NCBI GenBank assembly: GCA_023439545.1
Contig: JAEXNT010000019.1
Coordinates: 37,313 to 101,312, forward strand
Origin: Bacillota bacterium
Lineage (GTDB): Bacteria; Bacillota; Clostridia; Acetivibrionales; DTU013
DNA: 64,000 nucleotides
Reading direction: 5' to 3'
The notes under the pieces were generated by a model that saw only the letters and a list, made by a program, of their open reading frames with translations, did no database searches and had not been told where the DNA came from. Each line of letters starts with the position of its first letter. Within the stretch, counting starts at the first letter, position 1. The position numbers and the translations under genes were made by a program. Positions 18,718 through 28,105 of the stretch are shown one piece after another.

Positions 18718-19671
18718 TTAACAGAGCCCGTCAACCAGCTCCGCCATCTCGCCGTATGAAACCGCTCTGAAGACGCGGTCCTTTAACTGCGAGGAATTCC
18801 TGCAGCCCTTGATATACCAGGCAATATGCTTGCGCATTTCCCGGACTCCCGTATATTCGCCTTTATGCTCGGTCAGCATCTCCAGGTGGCGCAGCATCAT
18901 TGCCTTTTTTTCGTCCAGACCGGGTTCGGGCAGCAGTATCCCTGTTTTTATGTAATGTACTGTCCTTCCGAAAATCCAAGGGTTGCCCTGCGCTCCCCTG
19001 CCTATCGCGACCCCGTCGCAGCCTGTCGTTTCGAGCATCCTTACCGCATCCTGAGGCTTTACGATATCTCCGTTGCCGATGACCGGTATGGATACCGCTT
19101 CCTTTACCTTCTTTATGATATCCCAGTCGGCTTTACCGCTATAGAACTGCTCCCTTGTCCTCCCATGTACTGTAATGGCGGAGACCCCGCTTTTTTCGGC
19201 AATCTGCGCAAATTCTACGGCATTGGCATGCTCATCGTCCCAGCCTTTACGGAATTTGACGGTAACAGGTTTGTCCGAAGCCGCTGCGACAGCTCTGATG
19301 ACTTCTCCGGCCAGCTCGGGCTTCAGCATGAGAGCGCTGCCCTCGCCGTTTTTTGTAATCTTGGGTGTGGGACAGCCCATATTTATGTCAATTATTCCTG
19401 CATCGGAATTGTTAAGCTTTTTCGCCGCATCGGCCATGATCTCAGGTTCCGACCCGAATATCTGCACCGCCGCCGGCAGTTCCGAACTGCTCAGATCGGC
19501 AAGCTTCCAGCTCTTCTCGTCCTTGTAGTACATGCCCTTCGCACTGATCATTTCGGTGCATACGAGACCACAGCCCTGCTCCCTGCACAGTATCCTGAAA
19601 GGCATGTCCGTAACGCCCGCCATCGGGGCCAGAAATATGTTGTTCTCAATAACGACTGAACCTATTTTCAT
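18718..19671 (-). CDS. dusB: tRNA-dihydrouridine synthase
   Basis: Dus-family TIM barrel (APMAGVTDMPFR, INMGCPTPKITKNGEGSALM). A GGAGAG RBS favours the ATG at 19669-19671. The ORF is open to 19683. Confidence 0.9.
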   Translation of the reverse strand: MKIGSVVIENNIFLAPMAGVTDMPFRILCREQGCGLVCTEMISAKGMYYKDEKSWKLADLSSSELPAAVQIFGSEPEIMADAAKKLNNSDAGIIDINMGCPTPKITKNGEGSALMLKPELAGEVIRAVAAASDKPVTVKFRKGWDDEHANAVEFAQIAEKSGVSAITVHGRTREQFYSGKADWDIIKKVKEAVSIPVIGNGDIVKPQDAVRMLETTGCDGVAIGRGAQGNPWIFGRTVHYIKTGILLPEPGLDEKKAMMLRHLEMLTEHKGEYTGVREMRKHIAWYIKGCRNSSQLKDRVFRAVSYGEMAELVDGLC

Positions 19672-19758
19672 AAGTCTCTCCATTTTTACTATGACACTGC
19701 AATTCTAGCATACGACAATGCCCGTGGGAAGGGGGGCGTGACACCCGCCTCCACAAGT

Positions 19759-19791
19759 AAAAAAAAGCTGCCGAGTATAATCGCCGGCAGC
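19759..19791 (-). terminator. Rho-independent terminator after the PilZ gene
   Basis: Gene-strand sequence is GCTGCCG-gcgattatact-CGGCAGC followed by T8. Confidence 0.8.
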
Positions 19792-19815
19792 ATTTCCTAT
19801 CGATGTATATGTTTT

Positions 19816-20274
19816 TCACTTCGTGATTTCCTTTATCCGCGCCTGGCGCAGCCTTGGCTTTATCTTGGGGGTAAGCATCTTGGAATACTCTTCATTTCCC
19901 AGTGTGCGATGCGGAATATCCTTGACTGAAATCTTCGACTTTACGAGTTCGTCGAGCTGTATGATCTCGTACTTATTCATATTCTCGAACTGTACCGCAT
20001 AGGTGTTGACTCCTGCGATCTCATCCGCCCTAAGTACCTTGCCTTCGAGTTTTATATTGAACTCTGACAGCATATTGTGCACAAAGAGGTTGAAGTAAAG
20101 CTTCATATTAACATTATACCGGTGTACCGTGCTGAACAGCATACCTCCTGCTGACAGATCTACGATGTCAAAAGATACCCATCTTATTTTGTCCCTGCTG
20201 ACAAGCGCTTTACAAATAACATTGTCGCACCGTTTATATTTTCTTCGTTCCGACAAGTGGACCATTTTTAACAA
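19816..20274 (-). CDS. PilZ domain protein (putative c-di-GMP receptor)
   Basis: Carries the RRxxxR-type motif (ERRKYKR) and the D/NxSxxG motif (DLSAGG) at PilZ spacing. Confidence 0.75.
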   Translation of the reverse strand: MLKMVHLSERRKYKRCDNVICKALVSRDKIRWVSFDIVDLSAGGMLFSTVHRYNVNMKLYFNLFVHNMLSEFNIKLEGKVLRADEIAGVNTYAVQFENMNKYEIIQLDELVKSKISVKDIPHRTLGNEEYSKMLTPKIKPRLRQARIKEITK

Positions 20275-20482
20275 CTCCTTTTTTATTTACGGAGGATCAC
20301 CTATCGTTCGATTTTAAGCAAGTCATTCCAATCGGTACCGAAAGTTGCCTGTACAACTTAGTATTTGGTTAATACCAATAAAAGATGCGTATTTTTAAAT
20401 TTGCTGTGAAATGTACTTTATATGAATATTATAACACGTAAAGATAACAAAAGTCGAGAGAACGGAGAAAAAAGATACATTA

Positions 20483-21457
20483 CTACTGGTAGACAATGGT
20501 CGTAAACATCCCGCCCATCGATTGTGCCATGTTGTTGGACATATGATGCGGTATATGGCAATGGAACGGCCAGACGCCCGGGTTATTTGCCTTGAAAACC
20601 ACGTCGTAGGTCTCTCCGGACGCTACGTTCAAATCGTTTTTAAGGTATCTCTGAGAAGACACCAATGCATTACCGTCAGTTGCGACCACTGCGAACTGGT
20701 GGCCGTGGATATGCATGGGATGAGCGTCGTGGACAATATTTCCCAGCCTTATGCGCACGATATCTCCGTAACTGACTGGCATAGGTGATGTATAAGGAAA
20801 ACAACGTCCGTTTATGGTGAAAAAATTGAAATCATGGGACATCGGGTCGATTTCGAATTGGCCCTGTCCGATTTCGCCCATTTTCAGATCCTTGACAGCG
20901 AATTCCTGCAGCATAAGAAAGTAGTCCCTGTCTATACCGTATTCGTTCTGATCCATTATGATGAATGCCCCGCCAAGGCCCATCATTTCCTGTTTGGCCG
21001 AGTTAACATGCGTATGATACAAGTGTGTTCCGGGAGGATTACTTACTCTGAAGCGATAATCGAAAAATTTACCGGGTTCTATGAACGGCGAAGGCTCGAC
21101 ATCGGGCGCCCCGTCCATCATATTGGTTATGTCCAGGCCATGCCAGTGAATGCTCGTCGCTTCCTCAAGCCTGTTATGCACGCGGATACTGACATAATCG
21201 CCCGAATACACCTGTATCGTCGGGCCTGGCGTAGTTCCGTTGTAACCCCAGGCCTTAATGAAAAGTCCCGGCAGGATCTCCCTTTTTACAGGCTCGGCAA
21301 AAAGCTCGAAATATTTTATGCCGCTTTCATAATGGAAAGGAAGGACTTGAATATCAGGTGTTATTAACAATGAAACCACCTCGCTTTTACTCCTGGTATC
21401 AGTATATTTAAAATTTGTCCCGAAAATGCCCCTATAATGCCGTAACATAGTATACAT
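20483..21457 (-). CDS. Two-domain multicopper oxidase, no signal peptide
   Basis: All four copper-ligand motifs are present: HWHG, YHTH, HPMHIHGH and HCHIPHHMSNNM. At 324 aa it has two cupredoxin domains. The N-terminus has neither a hydrophobic segment nor a twin-arginine motif. Confidence 0.85.
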   Translation of the reverse strand: MYTMLRHYRGIFGTNFKYTDTRSKSEVVSLLITPDIQVLPFHYESGIKYFELFAEPVKREILPGLFIKAWGYNGTTPGPTIQVYSGDYVSIRVHNRLEEATSIHWHGLDITNMMDGAPDVEPSPFIEPGKFFDYRFRVSNPPGTHLYHTHVNSAKQEMMGLGGAFIIMDQNEYGIDRDYFLMLQEFAVKDLKMGEIGQGQFEIDPMSHDFNFFTINGRCFPYTSPMPVSYGDIVRIRLGNIVHDAHPMHIHGHQFAVVATDGNALVSSQRYLKNDLNVASGETYDVVFKANNPGVWPFHCHIPHHMSNNMAQSMGGMFTTIVYQ

Positions 21458-21508
21458 AAAGTGAATATTCTGTAATGTATAAATAATTTCGGATCAGGAG
21501 TGATATTA

Positions 21509-21862
21509 ATGCCGATGGACATGGATCATATGCAGGCAATGATGGCGCAGATGCATGCACAGAATTATATGAACGACATGAAGCTGGCTCAGTACTTCCA
21601 GTCGATCAGTTCCGTTTATACGAACATGGCGCAGGGAGAGTACGGGATGTACCAGTTCCATTCGGGTCAGGCACCCGGTATGGGGCAAATGCCAGGTATG
21701 GGGCAAACTCCGGGTATGGGGCAAACTCCGGGTATGGGGCAAGCGCCGGGTATGGGGCAAGCGCCGGGTATGGGACAGATGCCCGGTATGGGTCAGCCGA
21801 CAGGACCGCAGGCTCCAGGGTTGGGACAGCCGATAGGCGCAGGACATGGGCCGGGGCTGTAA
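21509..21862 (+). CDS. Met/His/Gln-rich protein with (PGMGQ)n repeat tail, unknown function
   Basis: An AGGAG RBS lies about 9 nt before the ATG at 21509. The N-terminus is MPMDMDHMQAMMAQMHAQNYMNDM. The C-terminal half is about 9 PGMGQ-like pentapeptides. It is divergent from the multicopper oxidase. Confidence 0.65.
   Translation: MPMDMDHMQAMMAQMHAQNYMNDMKLAQYFQSISSVYTNMAQGEYGMYQFHSGQAPGMGQMPGMGQTPGMGQTPGMGQAPGMGQAPGMGQMPGMGQPTGPQAPGLGQPIGAGHGPGL
21668..21797 (+). repeat. 15-nt tandem repeat (about 8-9 copies) encoding PGMGQ
   Basis: The unit is c(c/a/g)ggtatggg(g/a/t)ca(a/g)(a/g)c(t/g/a)c, repeated head to tail. Confidence 0.9.
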
Positions 21863-21969
21863 GGTATGTTGTAATTGAAGCATCATTGTTACGGCTGAGT
21901 CTGAAGGATCCTGTTCATCAAGCAGGGTTCTTTTTTTACCTTTTTATGTGCACTTTACTATTCATTTTC

Positions 21970-22000
21970 TTGACTTGGAGTTAGCTCAAGGTGATATGAT
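21970..22000 (+). promoter_or_regulatory. MerR-type promoter with 19-nt spacer
   Basis: TTGACT (21970-21975), a 19-nt spacer and TATGAT (21995-22000), with an extended -10 TG. The spacer holds the imperfect dyad CTTGA...TCAAG. It lies 22 nt upstream of the merR-family gene. Confidence 0.6.
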
Positions 22001-22022
22001 AGCGGTAACGAGGTGAAATCAC

Positions 22023-22376
22023 ATGACTATTGCCGAAGTGAGCGAAAAATACGATATTACCCAGGATACGCTCCGCTATTATGAACGTATTGGGCTGATC
22101 CCCCGCGTGAACCGGAACAAAAGCGGGATGAGAGATTTTAATGAAGACGATTTAAGATGGGTAGAATTTATCAAATGCATGCGGAGCGCAGGCCTTCCGA
22201 TCGAAACGCTGATGGAGTATGTCAAGCTGTATCAGCAGGGCGATGAAACCATCGACGCAAGAATAAATATTCTGATGGAACAGCGCAGGCAGTTGGTAAA
22301 AAGAATGGAAGACATGAAGGAAACTCTGGAGAGGCTGGATATAAAAATAGCAGGATATGAGCGGAGGATCATTTGA
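22023..22376 (+). CDS. MerR family transcriptional regulator
   Basis: N-terminal HTH_MerR (MTIAEVSEKYDITQDTLRYYERIGLIP) and a C-terminal coiled coil. Confidence 0.9.
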   Translation: MTIAEVSEKYDITQDTLRYYERIGLIPRVNRNKSGMRDFNEDDLRWVEFIKCMRSAGLPIETLMEYVKLYQQGDETIDARINILMEQRRQLVKRMEDMKETLERLDIKIAGYERRII

Positions 22377-22502
22377 AATAAAGGTTAGCGAAGCACGGAA
22401 GGATATTTTAAGAGTATGAGTTATCCAAGGTATCCTTCAATGTAAAAGGCTTATGAAATAAGCAAAAATGCATAAACTCTAAACAATTGAGGAGGAGATA
22501 CA

Positions 22503-23615
22503 ATGGCAAAAAAATTGGGATTCGGGCTGATGCGCCTGCCGTTAATCGACCAGGGAGATCCTAAAAGCATCGATCAGGAGCTTGTCAACAAAATGGTGGA
22601 TTACTTCCTGGAGAAGGGATTCACCTATTTCGATACGGCATATCCTTATCATCAGGGAATGAGCGAGATTACAGCCAGAAAGGCGCTTGTGGAAAGGCAT
22701 CCGAGGAATTCGTTCACATTGGCCGACAAGATGCCTACCTGGATGGTAAGCAAAAATGAGGATTATCGAAGAATTTTCAACGAGCAACTCGACAAATGCG
22801 GCGTCGAATATTTCGATTACTACCTGCTGCACACACTTGGTGTATCGCTTTACTCGAATTCCGTAAAATACGGAGGATTCGAATTCATGAAAGAATTGAA
22901 GAAGGAAGGCAGGGCAAAGCATATAGGCTTCTCCTTCCACGACAAGGCGGTAGTTCTTGACCGGATACTGACCGAGCATCCCGAAATGGAATTCGTACAG
23001 CTCCAGATCAACTATATCGACTGGGACAACGAAAGCATCGAGTCACGCAAGTGCTATGAAGTCGCAACAAAGCACAACAAGCCCATCATAGTAATGGAGC
23101 CGGTAAAGGGCGGTTCTCTGGCCAGCATACCCGAGAAAGCGGAGGAGCTTTTCAAGAATTACCACCCGGATATGAGCGTGGCGTCATGGGCTGTACGTTT
23201 CACGGCTTCGCTGGTAAATGTGTTCAAAGTGCTCAGCGGTATGAGCGATTATGAGCAGGTCGTCGATAATATAAGCTATATGCAGGACATGAAGTCTCTG
23301 AACGACGAAGAAAAGGAGCTTGTCAACCTGGCTGCCGGGATAATAAAGGGCATTCCCGTCGTACCATGCACCTCATGCCAGTATTGCGTAGAAGGCTGTC
23401 CGAAAAAGATACCAATACCGAAATACTTTTCGCTGTATAACAACCAGAAGCAATTCAAGCTGGCGCCTTCCCACAGAAATAACTACAACAATCTCGCACA
23501 GGAATTCGGAAAGGCTTCTGACTGCATCAGCTGCAAACAATGTGAAAAGCACTGCCCACAGCACATAGGCATCGTGGAACAGCTGAAAGAGGTATCCAGG
23601 GTCTTCGACGCATAA
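22503..23615 (+). CDS. Aldo/keto reductase with C-terminal 4Fe-4S ferredoxin domain
   Basis: AKR N-terminus (LGFGLMRLP...FDTAYPYHQGMSE) and two Cys clusters (CTSCQYCVEGCP, CISCKQCEKHCP). Confidence 0.85.
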   Translation: MAKKLGFGLMRLPLIDQGDPKSIDQELVNKMVDYFLEKGFTYFDTAYPYHQGMSEITARKALVERHPRNSFTLADKMPTWMVSKNEDYRRIFNEQLDKCGVEYFDYYLLHTLGVSLYSNSVKYGGFEFMKELKKEGRAKHIGFSFHDKAVVLDRILTEHPEMEFVQLQINYIDWDNESIESRKCYEVATKHNKPIIVMEPVKGGSLASIPEKAEELFKNYHPDMSVASWAVRFTASLVNVFKVLSGMSDYEQVVDNISYMQDMKSLNDEEKELVNLAAGIIKGIPVVPCTSCQYCVEGCPKKIPIPKYFSLYNNQKQFKLAPSHRNNYNNLAQEFGKASDCISCKQCEKHCPQHIGIVEQLKEVSRVFDA

Positions 23616-23716
23616 AATTACCGCATTGTAAGAAATTCGCCATTTTGTTATAATTCCCCTGAAGCCGTTTCCCGCAATCGGGTGTATTATGGATAAGGCT
23701 TCCTAGAGGTGCAGGA

Positions 23717-24670
23717 ATGAAACCAAGGCCGAAAATTACAGGCACGATACTGCTTGCGGCGGCGATTGCAGCCTGTATATGGCTTTATGCTTCAGGGAAG
23801 TTCGGAAATTTTACCGGAAATATTACAGAGACAGCAATGTCAACTGATATGGTTTATTCTTCCAACGACGATATTGATACTTCTGAGGAGACAAAATTTA
23901 TGAGCTTCAATGCTATTCCGATAATGACAGGCTTATGGGAAATTACAGACGGGACTGCAGGATCGCCCGCCTTCGTGGATATCTACCTCATCGAGGGAAA
24001 CGACAAAGCGCTGGTAATAGACGCAGGCGTCAGCGGAGCGGATCTGTCGAGCTACATAAGGACTCTGACAAGAAAGCCCGCCGAACTGGTGCTTACTCAC
24101 GGACACGGCGATCATGTCGCCGCTGCCGGCCAATTCGAAAAGGTATATATGTCTTCGAAGGACTTTGACCTGATAAAACCCTATACAGCCTTCAAGGATT
24201 TTAAAGACTCAGGCATAAATGACCTCAAAGGCGGAGAGATATTCGACCTGGGAGGCTGTAAGCTCGAAATCGTCCCATTGCCCGGGCATACGCCGGGATC
24301 AGTGGTCCTGCTCGACAGGGAGAGACAGCTGCTTTTTGCCGGGGATGCCATGGGCTCGAGCTCATTATGGATGCAGCTGCCCGAAAGCGGAACTGTCGAG
24401 GAATATAGGGACGAAATGAGGAATTTTGAAAAATCCATCGAAAGCCTGACAGACCTTAAACCTTATCTGGGCCACAACTGCCTGATGGGGTGCAAGCCGG
24501 ACAAGGCTTACATAACCGATACCCGCATTGCCGCTGAAAAAATAGTATCGGGTGAACTGAAAGGAGTCCCTACCGACAGAGAGGATTTTCCCGGAGCCGT
24601 GACCGCTTCCTATGGCCAGATGACGGATTTCCTTTACCGGCCGGAAAAGGTACGGAAGGCCGGAAAATAG
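23717..24670 (+). CDS. Membrane-anchored MBL-fold metallo-hydrolase
   Basis: An N-terminal TM helix, the HGHGDH zinc motif and GHTPGS. Confidence 0.8.
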   Translation: MKPRPKITGTILLAAAIAACIWLYASGKFGNFTGNITETAMSTDMVYSSNDDIDTSEETKFMSFNAIPIMTGLWEITDGTAGSPAFVDIYLIEGNDKALVIDAGVSGADLSSYIRTLTRKPAELVLTHGHGDHVAAAGQFEKVYMSSKDFDLIKPYTAFKDFKDSGINDLKGGEIFDLGGCKLEIVPLPGHTPGSVVLLDRERQLLFAGDAMGSSSLWMQLPESGTVEEYRDEMRNFEKSIESLTDLKPYLGHNCLMGCKPDKAYITDTRIAAEKIVSGELKGVPTDREDFPGAVTASYGQMTDFLYRPEKVRKAGK

Positions 24671-24691
24671 CCGCAGAGTACAGATATAGCA

Positions 24692-24733
24692 AAAGGCTTT
24701 CAAAGCAAATCGCTCTGAAAGCCTTTATTTTTA
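24692..24733. terminator. Bidirectional rho-independent terminator
   Basis: AAAGGCTTTCA-N13-TGAAAGCCTTT followed by ATTTTTAA. It sits between the convergent MBL-fold hydrolase and TPR genes. Confidence 0.75.
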
Positions 24734-24740
24734 ATATTAC

Positions 24741-26081
24741 TTACTTTTTATATTTACCAATTAAATCTTTAAATCTTTGTGTATCTTTATACTTTTGATA
24801 AATTAAATCTTCATCGATATAATCCCAGACAGTACAACCATGCTTTAAAGCTAATTCAGTAAAGTAAAAAAATTCTTCATCTTTTTTTAGTTCCGCATAA
24901 ATTTCTGCTTTAGTAGAGTACGCGTAACCATATTCATTATTAAATTCCAAAGATTTGTTAACAGTCTCAAGTGCATTATCTATTTCACCTGATAGCCTAT
25001 AAGTCATAGCTTTTATATTATAAGATTCGGCATAATTATCCGATAATTTAAATAGCTCATCTATATCGTTAAAACTAGATTTAAAATAAGATTTATCAAG
25101 CAATAATCCAAGATGATCATAAGCAACTATTCTGTTTTTTATATACTTCATAATCCCATTTTTATCATTTTCATTTCTGCTAATTTCAATAGCCTTTGAA
25201 TAATCATTAACTGCTGATTGTAAATATTTTATTCTTTCCGAATTAGGTTTTAAAATACTTTTTCTTCCTAATCTAGAAAACGCGACACCTCTATTGTTAT
25301 AACAAATTGTCGATGTAGGATTGAGTTCTAATGCTTTTGTATATAATTCTATCCGCTGATTATATGCTTGATCATTATCTTCTACTATTGCTAGAGCTTG
25401 GTTAATATATTCAGATGCTTTTGATTTATTCTCGGACGTTTTAGCCTTGCCTTCCGATTCTTTTGCCTTTTCAGCTAATTTTCTCACTTCTTCCCTAATA
25501 TTCTCTAATCCGTTTTTTATGTTATTATAATTACTCTGAATAGTATCGTATTGCTGATTAACTAAATTTTGTGTATCTGTGGCACATAAAGCAGCAGCTT
25601 GTGATTCTGTTTTTACAGATATAAATTCGTCCTTAGCAATTTCAAGTTCACTTTTCGCTAATTTTAAATCTTCTCTTGAAATATGTAGTTCAAATTGAGA
25701 TTTTTCTATATCATTTTTATATTTTTCCAATTCTTTTTCAATCTTATCAAACCTATATTTTTGTAAAACATATGTACTAATAGAGCCAATGGCAATAAAA
25801 AGAGTTATTCCTATGGAAAAAACAGCTATCCATATGTTAATGCGATTAATAGCATTATCTGCTGATGATATTAACGAATTTTCATTACTTTCAAAAGTCT
25901 TTATTATCTCTTCTTTATCAAAAGATTCGAAAGATTTTTTTAGTTCAGCATTTTCCTTCTCTAAATCACCTATTTTTTGTCTTAAATCGTTGATTTGGAC
26001 ATTATAGGTGTCTGCATATACAAAATTTATATTAGTTAATATAGATAATATAAAAACTACGAAAAATAATTTTTTACGCAA
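24741..26081 (-). CDS. Membrane-anchored coiled-coil / TPR repeat protein, compositionally foreign
   Basis: Signal-like N-terminus (FFVVFILSILTNINFVYA), one TM helix (IWIAVFSIGITLFIAIGSISTYVL), a long K/E coiled coil and C-terminal TPR-like repeats (YNNRGVAFSRLGR..., AYSTKAEIYAELKK). The gene and its flanks are far more AT-rich than the rest of the window. Confidence 0.7.
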   Translation of the reverse strand: MRKKLFFVVFILSILTNINFVYADTYNVQINDLRQKIGDLEKENAELKKSFESFDKEEIIKTFESNENSLISSADNAINRINIWIAVFSIGITLFIAIGSISTYVLQKYRFDKIEKELEKYKNDIEKSQFELHISREDLKLAKSELEIAKDEFISVKTESQAAALCATDTQNLVNQQYDTIQSNYNNIKNGLENIREEVRKLAEKAKESEGKAKTSENKSKASEYINQALAIVEDNDQAYNQRIELYTKALELNPTSTICYNNRGVAFSRLGRKSILKPNSERIKYLQSAVNDYSKAIEISRNENDKNGIMKYIKNRIVAYDHLGLLLDKSYFKSSFNDIDELFKLSDNYAESYNIKAMTYRLSGEIDNALETVNKSLEFNNEYGYAYSTKAEIYAELKKDEEFFYFTELALKHGCTVWDYIDEDLIYQKYKDTQRFKDLIGKYKK

Positions 26082-26327
26082 TTTTAATCACCCCCCCTTA
26101 AGGAAGAATATTTTTCAATATCTTCATTCTACAAGTTATGACATAATCTTTCAATATAAATAAAAATAATAAGATAAATCAGGTAATATGTATTGGAAGT
26201 ACAAGAAAAAACGCTTATATTGCTGTAAAATAAGGTAAATATACGTTTAAGACAAAATTAGCATAAGGCGAAAATGTATAATAAATAAGACCTTCAAAGT
26301 ATAATTTTGGAGGTCTTATTTATTACT

Positions 26328-26402
26328 TGGCGCCCCGGACAGGAATCGAACCCGCATCAGCGGAACCGGAATCCGCTACCTTATCCATTAGGCCACCGGG
26401 GC
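26328..26402 (-). tRNA. tRNA-Arg (anticodon CCG), CCA encoded
   Basis: Reverse complement is GCCCCGGTGGCCTAATGGATAAGGTAGCGGATTCCGGTTCCGCTGATGCGGGTTCGATTCCTGTCCGGGGCGCCA. It has a 7-bp acceptor stem, the anticodon loop TTCCGGT and the T-loop TTCGATT. The T-stem contains two G-U pairs. Confidence 0.85.
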
Positions 26403-26461
26403 ATAGTAACAGGAATCTGCGACAGTCCGCAGAAGGTATATCCGGATCGTTACACAACTAT

Positions 26462-26488
26462 ATTATAGCAAAAAGCGAAGTTTTACAA
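26462..26488 (-). promoter_or_regulatory. Candidate promoter for tRNA-Arg
   Basis: Gene-strand TTGTAA, a 15-nt spacer and TGCTATAAT (extended -10), about 55 nt upstream of the tRNA 5' end. The spacer is short. Confidence 0.45.
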
Positions 26489-26529
26489 CCCGGTCGCAGA
26501 AGATAATTTTGGAATATGGGCTTCCCACT

Positions 26530-27228
26530 TTACTTGAAAAGCTTGAGCACCCAATTCAATATCTGCGTCGCAAAGACCATGCTGAGTATGAAGTTCCACG
26601 TAAACACGATGATGAAGGTCAGCCTTTTGAATACGGGATTGAACCGGAATAGTACATTTATGCCTCTTGTCACGATCGCCGCCGACCAGACGAAAATAAG
26701 CATCAGCATAACCAGCGAAAGGTTCTGCATCCAGACGGGGCTGTTGTCCGTTATATTTCGCATAAGGAGATAATAGATGGCGGTCTCAACAGGAACGATT
26801 ATAAAATGCGATATTATATAAACCTTGATGACCTTTGTCAAAGACGCGCTGTGCTGAACCGGAGCCTTGCTTTCAATGCGCGATGAAAATGAAGTATAAT
26901 CCTCTCCGCTGTCCTCTTCACTCATTATAACTTCCTTCTTTTTGAGATAGGAAAAAATATCGTAAAGCGGCACGCCCATGAAAAATACGTCAATAAAGCC
27001 AAGAACGAGTACTGCGACAACAGTCATGAAAACATTGAACAATACTGCATTTAATGGCTTCCCGCTGAAAAGCAGCTTTATATTATTGTTTATATCCGGC
27101 AGCAAAAAATCTATCGCTCCGACCAATACGGCGCCGGCGATCAAGGTAGCTCTCCTGTCCGTAAGGCTTTCGAAAAATCTGGCTGGGTACATCAGAATAT
27201 CCGTAAATCTGGCCATGAATCTGTTCAT
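26530..27228 (-). CDS. Polytopic membrane protein (Yip1-like), function unknown
   Basis: About 5 TM helices with an acidic cytoplasmic loop (SEEDSGEDY). The likely start is MNRFMARF; the ORF is open to 27261. Confidence 0.5.
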   Translation of the reverse strand: MNRFMARFTDILMYPARFFESLTDRRATLIAGAVLVGAIDFLLPDINNNIKLLFSGKPLNAVLFNVFMTVVAVLVLGFIDVFFMGVPLYDIFSYLKKKEVIMSEEDSGEDYTSFSSRIESKAPVQHSASLTKVIKVYIISHFIIVPVETAIYYLLMRNITDNSPVWMQNLSLVMLMLIFVWSAAIVTRGINVLFRFNPVFKRLTFIIVFTWNFILSMVFATQILNWVLKLFK

Positions 27229-27454
27229 ACATTCTCCCCGTGCAACGGATGCTGCCCGCATCCCGATTGGATACTAATAATAATATAACTTGCAGGAAGC
27301 AAAATCAATGCTGATAATTACCTAATAGCGGTTACCGCAACTATGGCTATTCCGCCGCAAGGCATATCACTGGACCCATCGGGCGCAGCAAAACAAAAAA
27401 GTCACGCAGCATTGCCGGTACTGCATGGCTCCAATCTTGAGAGATAAAGGTCTC

Positions 27455-28105
27455 CTATTTGGACAGGGCCCGCATCAAAAATTGCATATGCTCCCTGATC
27501 ATTTTTTGAATGGAAGGGTCGTCGACGGGATTGCCTGCCGCGCTGCCGGCGGCGCCCCCGCTTTCGACTTCAAAATACCTGAGGTAGATCATCAGCATGA
27601 AGGAGTAGAATTCCCTGGCAACGACCATAGGATCGGCCTCTGCCATAAGACCCTTCTTTATCATCGAATCGAAAACCTTGGCCTGGTATTCCAAAGGGAA
27701 ATCGATAAGGCGCCTGATGAAAAAATCGTTTGCCCGTTTGTTCCTGAATCTTTCGATCGAAAGAATGCGCCATATCTTGATAAGCTTGGGGTCCCCGAAA
27801 TACATCCTGAAGTTCATGAAGCAAATTTCCATGAATCCCTCCGGATCGGCTTCCTCAATGAGCCTGGCCGCTTCCTCCTCCGGGATGTTCATGCTTTCGA
27901 ACCGCTCCAGCAGGTACTCGAATATTTCATCAAGTATCTGCTGCTTGCTGATAAAATGGTTATAAAGCGAGCTCTCCTTAATTCCAACCGCTCTGGTGAT
28001 ATCCCTTACCGAAACGTCATTATAGCCTTTCTCGGCAAACATATCCATGGCTGTTTGCAATATTTTTTCCCTGGTATTCAAACAATTACACCTCGTCATA
28101 TCCAA
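27455..28105 (-). CDS. TetR/AcrR family transcriptional regulator
   Basis: N-terminal HTH (REKILQTAMDMFAEKGYNDVSVRDITRAVGIKESSLYNHF). It overlaps the upstream flavoprotein gene by 20 nt. Confidence 0.9.
   Translation of the reverse strand: MDMTRCNCLNTREKILQTAMDMFAEKGYNDVSVRDITRAVGIKESSLYNHFISKQQILDEIFEYLLERFESMNIPEEEAARLIEEADPEGFMEICFMNFRMYFGDPKLIKIWRILSIERFRNKRANDFFIRRLIDFPLEYQAKVFDSMIKKGLMAEADPMVVAREFYSFMLMIYLRYFEVESGGAAGSAAGNPVDDPSIQKMIREHMQFLMRALSK

Noticed and set aside
21506-21886. 126-aa minus-strand ORF rich in His/Thr/Arg/Leu repeats
   Set aside because: It is the antisense reading of the PGMGQ-encoding 15-nt repeat. The plus-strand frame has the RBS and a non-repetitive N-terminal domain.
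24734-26327. Intact integrative element at tRNA-Arg
   Set aside because: There is no integrase or recombinase, and no direct repeat of the tRNA 3' end at the distal boundary. I kept it only as a compositionally foreign islet or remnant.
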